Positions 16,414 to 20,607 of a stretch of DNA of 20,607 nt are shown here, in pieces. The DNA lies in the NCBI GenBank assembly GCA_046757525.1, contig JBHHYI010000070.1, positions 1-20,607 of the forward strand. The letters are read 5' to 3'. How positions within the stretch are numbered: the first letter of the stretch is position 1; each line of letters begins with the position of its first letter. The notes beneath the pieces were generated by a model. That model was not told the origin of the DNA. It did no database searches and saw only the letters and a program-made list of their open reading frames with translations. The DNA is from a bacterium. Lineage in GTDB: Bacteria; Zhuqueibacterota; Zhuqueibacteria; Oceanimicrobiales; Oceanimicrobiaceae. The translations under genes were made by a program, and so were the position numbers.

Positions 16414-17061
16414 CTAATGGCCAAGAAGAAAACCCACGTTTAATGAAAAATATTTGGTTATAGTTCCCTTAAAAAAACCTTCGTTTGCACTTTCGTTGAA
16501 TATGAAATTGAACAAAGGTTGAATTTGCAATCGTCTTTTGATGCCAAGGGCTAAGCCAAGTTGAACACCAGGCTTTGTTTTCCAACGACTTCTTACTCCT
16601 GTTCCAAAGGTCTCTCGAGGGCTGATTCGACCTTCTGCACTTGTATCGACCTTGTAAAGGTACAAACCCGCTCCCACCTGAAAAGCTATATTGGCATTGC
16701 GACTCACATCCCGCCTCGAAGTTGCTATTTGGATTGATGGCACGATTTCAAAAATTGAATACCCTCCAGAAGTACTCTCTACACTAAAATCAGAGGACGG
16801 TTGAAACAATCCTAATAGCCTTTCCCCATCAGGAAATAGGCGATTAAACGCTATGCGACCACCAACCGAAATATTGTTTGATAAGGAATAGAATAGATTT
16901 GTACCAACAGTAAACCCGACAGTAGAAAATGCACTACCATCGCCGAAAGCCTTGGGAATGCCAACATTTGGAGCCACAGATAGGTTCTGAGCAATTCCAG
17001 GGTTGATGCGAAGCAACAGAGAGAATAGTGAAATACCGATTATAGAACTCTTTCGTATCAT
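16414..17061 (-). CDS. Small outer-membrane beta-barrel protein (probably 8-stranded)
   Basis: Signal peptide ending in GIA-Q; alternating amphipathic strands; AFQVGAGLY; final strand YFSLNVGFLL. Confidence 0.7.
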   Translation of the reverse strand: MIRKSSIIGISLFSLLLRINPGIAQNLSVAPNVGIPKAFGDGSAFSTVGFTVGTNLFYSLSNNISVGGRIAFNRLFPDGERLLGLFQPSSDFSVESTSGGYSIFEIVPSIQIATSRRDVSRNANIAFQVGAGLYLYKVDTSAEGRISPRETFGTGVRSRWKTKPGVQLGLALGIKRRLQIQPLFNFIFNESANEGFFKGTITKYFSLNVGFLLGH

Positions 17062-17107
17062 TTTTGTCTTATTAAATGTTTAAAAAATCTATTACCGGAA
17101 AACTCGA

Positions 17108-17866
17108 TTACTTACTCTTCTTCATGCGGTCAATTTCCGCCTGGAGATTCCGAATGGCCTCCATGACTCGATCCATGATTGCCTGAGCAACCTCTTTGCT
17201 GGTGTGCTGACCATAGAAATCAGAAAAATCTAAAGGCCGGCCATAATTGACATAAATTCGCTTAAACAGGCGCGGGAAAATCGAGCCAATGGGAAGCAGC
17301 TTGTCCATGCCGTCGATGCACACCGGAATCACGCACGGTTGTGTCTCCAGAATCAACATACCGGCTCCGCCGCGTGCTCTACCAATGGAACCATCCCTCG
17401 ACCTCGTACCCTCCGGAAACAGAGTCATGGGACTGCTCTTCAAGGCCTCTGCCATCCTGAAAATGGCCCCCACATCTTTGCGACCACGCTTAATGGGAAT
17501 GCATTTCCAATTGTCGGCCAGCCAGGCTAAGAAGCGAGAACGGTAGAAGTTCTCCTCAGCCGCCGGGTTCCACGGAAGCAGAGAACTATTGATTAAGGAA
17601 CGCGGAAAAAAGGCAAACATCCCAACAAGAAAACTGTCTATCATGCTTTGATGATTGGAAAGCAATAAGGTGTTGGGTTTCTGCGGCACGTTGCGTCTGC
17701 CGATGACCGTGGTATGGTTAAAAAAATGAAAAAATATGTACCCGATCATCACGGAAATGTTGGTAATCAGATAATGTGTGACTGGCCAGGTCAACCGGAA
17801 AAGCCAACCATGTCGCCGCACCGGCAATGCTTGGCGCTGAATTGTTCGGACTTTAGGTTCAACCAT
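17108..17866 (-). CDS. Lysophospholipid (1-acyl-sn-glycerol-3-phosphate) acyltransferase family protein, PlsC-like
   Basis: NHQSMID (HX4D), FPEGTRSRDG, VIPV motifs. ATG 17866 preferred because ATG 17896 sits only 2 nt after a candidate -10 box. Confidence 0.9.
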   Translation of the reverse strand: MVEPKVRTIQRQALPVRRHGWLFRLTWPVTHYLITNISVMIGYIFFHFFNHTTVIGRRNVPQKPNTLLLSNHQSMIDSFLVGMFAFFPRSLINSSLLPWNPAAEENFYRSRFLAWLADNWKCIPIKRGRKDVGAIFRMAEALKSSPMTLFPEGTRSRDGSIGRARGGAGMLILETQPCVIPVCIDGMDKLLPIGSIFPRLFKRIYVNYGRPLDFSDFYGQHTSKEVAQAIMDRVMEAIRNLQAEIDRMKKSK

Positions 17867-17898
17867 GAACGAGATTCTTGTTGTTCGATTAAACATTT

Positions 17899-17927
17899 AA
17901 TTTAAACAAAATTCACTGAAAAGTAAA
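17899..17927 (-). promoter_or_regulatory. Candidate sigma70 promoter for the acyltransferase
   Basis: Minus strand TTTACT-N17-TAAATT. Confidence 0.45.
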
Positions 17928-18063
17928 GCGAAAACTTGCCCTGAGAAAATTTGCTGCAGGCGTTGCCAGCTCTTTTACAACCTCTCTGATTAACAAAACA
18001 CCACACGCAAAACTGAAATTCCCCACACATTGAGAGTTGAGGAAAAAGAGATTCACAAATGGT

Positions 18064-20385
18064 CTACTGGATCTCAAAACTGACTGCCGAGGAACGCCCT
18101 TCATCGTCCACGCACAGGAGTTTGTGGGCCCCTCTTCGAGGCGTCAGATAAACCTTTTGCTTGGGGTCTCCAGAATGAATCAACCGGCCATCCAGGAACC
18201 AGTAGATCGACCTGGTCTGATTGGAGACGGAGGCCTGAAGCAAGATCTTCTGATAACCCAGGTCAACAAACGGTCTTATTTTAAACTGAGAGTCGGGCAA
18301 CGGTGAGTTGATGACTGGCCCGTTTCCGGCAACGACCTTTGAGCATTTGGAGTAGTGAGTGGGAATGCGTTCGATTGGGTAGCCGTTAGAGGCGAGCCAG
18401 GTGGCGATCTCAGCCGGCCATCGTTCCACAATTTTTTCTCGATATTTTCGTCCGATGCGGCAATGGGAACACAGCCGCTGGCCGGTTTCCTGGTCGATCA
18501 AAACCAACTGGTGAATGGAACAGGGTTGATTGGGGGAGATGCCAGGCAGGAACAGCTCGTCCTTGGTGGCAACACAAAATTTGGACACCGGCATGCCGCT
18601 GACAGCGCAGACCTGTCGGTGCTCGACCTCTGAAGGCTGCACGAACCAGCGGCTGTCAGGGGCGTTCTCCAGGGCTTCCAAGAGAGCAAACAAGATTGGA
18701 GCAGCAATGTCGGCCCCCACCAGGGCCGGTACGCCTTTGCCGTCAAAGTTGCCGACCCAAACACCCACGGTGTAGTCCGGCGTGTACCCGATGCTCCAGG
18801 CGTCGCGGTGGCCGTAGGAAGTACCGGTCTTCCAGGCGACTTTCGGGATGTCCACCGACGATTCCCACACTGCCGGCAGTTCCGGGCGTCGAAGTTTGCT
18901 CAGAATGTCCGTCACGATGTAACAAGTGCCAGGGCGCAGCAATCGCCGGCCAGACTCCGCCGGCTGCGACGCCAGAACCCGGAAAGGCCGGAAACGCCCG
19001 CCGTTGGCCAACCCGGCGTACAGATTGGTGAGCTCCAGCAGAGTCACTTCGCAGCCGCCCAAAATCAATGAGAGACCGTAATACTCCCTGGGCATGGGCA
19101 AAGTAGAAATGCCCGCGGCTTTCAAGAAGGAGTAGATGCCATTTTCCCCAAGCCGGGCATAGAGGTTCACAGCCGGCACGTTCAGAGAGCGAATCAAGGC
19201 TTGTTCAGCAGTGACGGCCCCGTGGTACAGTTTGTCGTAATTGACGGGTCGGTAGCCGGAATATTCCACTGGCACATCGTTGAGCAGGCCCTGCGGCGAA
19301 ATCAGGCCGTGTTCCAGGCCAAGGGCGTAGATAAATGGCTTCAGAGTAGAACCCGGAGAGCGCGGGGCCGTGGCCCCATTCACCTGCCCGGCGTTTCTTA
19401 GGTCGAAAAAATCCGAGGAACCAACCAGGGCCAGAACACCCTGCGTTTGATTTTCGATCACCACAACGGCTCCGTTGGAGATGCCCCTGGCCTTGAGCGG
19501 CTTGAGCCGGGTCTGCAAGATGCTCTCAGTCAGGCGCTGCACTTTTTCGTCGATGGTCGTTTGCAGACGCCCGGTTTTGGGGTGGGTGCGCACGAGTGCG
19601 CTTGACAGATGCGGAATCCTGAACGGCAAAGCGTAGCGTTTTTGTGGCAATGGCACGGTCAAGGCTTCCTCGCCTTGACTGGTCGTAATTTTGTTTTTAG
19701 CAACGAGAAGCCGCAAAATCCTGGCGCGGGCTTTTTTAGCCTCTGCGGGATTCAAATCGGGTCGGTAAAGGTTCGGGGCATTGGGAATGGCGGCCAACAG
19801 AGCCGCTTCGCCCAAACCGAGCTGCTGCGGGTGCTTGTCGAAATAAAGATAGGAAGCGGCCCCCACCCCGACGATGTTGCCGCCATAGGGCGCCATATTG
19901 AAATAGAGCGTCAAAATCTCTTCCTTGGAAAAGCGCCACTCCAACTGCAAAGCCCGGAACGCCTCCACGAGTTTGTTCGCAATGGTCCTTGGCTTCGGCT
20001 CCATCATGCGGGCCACCTGCATGGTGAGGGTCGAGCCGCCCTGAACCACCCGGCCGGCCCGAAGGTTAGCGATGGCTGCCCGCACAATGGCAAAGGGATT
20101 GACCCCAACATGCCAATAAAAATAGCGGTCCTCGTAGGCCAGAACCGCCTGTTTAAGAGCCGGCGAAATCTCTTCTACCGCAACCGGCATGCGCCACATC
20201 TCGTCCGGTGCCAGAAACACGCGAAGGATCTTGCCGCCGCGGTCGACCACCACAGTCGAGGGCGCCGGATGCAACTTTTCCACCGGCAATGGGAAGCGCC
20301 AATTGGCCAACAGGAACAACACGAACGGGAGGCATGCAAGCACTGGAAGCCAAAGGCGGCTACGATTTTCTTTTGAAAGAATCAT
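18064..20385 (-). CDS. pbpC: Penicillin-binding protein 1C (transglycosylase/transpeptidase)
   Basis: EDRYFYWHVG and GGSTLTMQVAR (GT51); SPGSTLKP (SxxK), SLN, KTGTSYGHRDAW; C-terminal YWFLDGRL..GAHKLLCVDDEG domain typical of PbpC. Start uncertain; ATG 20385 chosen because TTG 20439 coincides with a -35 box. Confidence 0.93.
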   Translation of the reverse strand: MILSKENRSRLWLPVLACLPFVLFLLANWRFPLPVEKLHPAPSTVVVDRGGKILRVFLAPDEMWRMPVAVEEISPALKQAVLAYEDRYFYWHVGVNPFAIVRAAIANLRAGRVVQGGSTLTMQVARMMEPKPRTIANKLVEAFRALQLEWRFSKEEILTLYFNMAPYGGNIVGVGAASYLYFDKHPQQLGLGEAALLAAIPNAPNLYRPDLNPAEAKKARARILRLLVAKNKITTSQGEEALTVPLPQKRYALPFRIPHLSSALVRTHPKTGRLQTTIDEKVQRLTESILQTRLKPLKARGISNGAVVVIENQTQGVLALVGSSDFFDLRNAGQVNGATAPRSPGSTLKPFIYALGLEHGLISPQGLLNDVPVEYSGYRPVNYDKLYHGAVTAEQALIRSLNVPAVNLYARLGENGIYSFLKAAGISTLPMPREYYGLSLILGGCEVTLLELTNLYAGLANGGRFRPFRVLASQPAESGRRLLRPGTCYIVTDILSKLRRPELPAVWESSVDIPKVAWKTGTSYGHRDAWSIGYTPDYTVGVWVGNFDGKGVPALVGADIAAPILFALLEALENAPDSRWFVQPSEVEHRQVCAVSGMPVSKFCVATKDELFLPGISPNQPCSIHQLVLIDQETGQRLCSHCRIGRKYREKIVERWPAEIATWLASNGYPIERIPTHYSKCSKVVAGNGPVINSPLPDSQFKIRPFVDLGYQKILLQASVSNQTRSIYWFLDGRLIHSGDPKQKVYLTPRRGAHKLLCVDDEGRSSAVSFEIQ

Positions 20386-20410
20386 TGAAGTCGAGGCCAA
20401 TTCCATTGGT

Positions 20411-20439
20411 AAGGTAAACAACAAACACAAGATTGTCAA
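20411..20439 (-). promoter_or_regulatory. Candidate sigma70 promoter for pbpC
   Basis: Minus strand TTGACA-N17-TACCTT. Confidence 0.6.
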
Positions 20440-20559
20440 GTTTTTGAAGATCCAAAACCGACTTCCCTGGAGAAAGGCGCCTGCTCTCCTCTTCCGGGCA
20501 GCGATGCCAACGACGGGATACTCATGCCATCTTCTCTCTTGACCGCCAAGCCGCCTCCC

Positions 20560-20603
20560 TGGAGTGCTGAAGCCTTGCTTCAGCCTTTCGAACCGTTCGA
20601 AGG
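20560..20603 (+). repeat. GGAGTGC-tagged REP-like hairpin plus an adjacent hairpin, probably cut by the window edge
   Basis: TGGAGT-GCTGAAGC-CTT-GCTTCAGC, followed by TTCGAAC-C-GTTCGAA. Confidence 0.6.
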
Positions 20604-20607
20604 CGCA

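Noticed and set aside
19609..20376. 255 aa plus-strand ORF and other long antisense ORFs over rho, the ABC ATPase, porU and pbpC
   Set aside because: Antisense shadows of well-supported genes, with no independent motifs.
20386..20439. Extended pbpC N-terminus from TTG 20439
   Set aside because: That TTG is the start of a TTGACA -35 box with a correctly spaced -10, so translation should start downstream.

Overview
Mostly housekeeping bacterial DNA, nearly all on the minus strand. In order: prfA (5' part, cut by the window edge), a DUF1385 membrane protein, rpmE, rho, an orphan MalK/MsmX-type ABC ATPase, folC, a divergent plus-strand TonB-dependent receptor, an Fe/Mn superoxide dismutase, a ~950 bp intergenic stretch packed with different palindromic elements, a glutaredoxin-like and an exported thioredoxin-like gene directly downstream of a PorU-like C25 sortase (type IX secretion), a small membrane protein, an AT-rich outer-membrane beta-barrel, a PlsC-type acyltransferase and pbpC. 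PorU together with clear Shine-Dalgarno sites and canonical sigma70 -35/-10 promoters suggests an FCB-group organism outside the classical Bacteroidetes (inference). I found no clear new multi-gene system. The best leads are (1) a head-to-tail run of at least six different palindromic or branched elements between sod and the glutaredoxin gene, (2) a sigma54 promoter with a paired upstream enhancer-like repeat in front of a stand-alone TonB receptor, (3) PorU with a pair of Cys-bearing inserts followed by two thiol-redox genes instead of porV, and (4) a possible AUA start codon. All calls come from reading the sequence; no searches were run.
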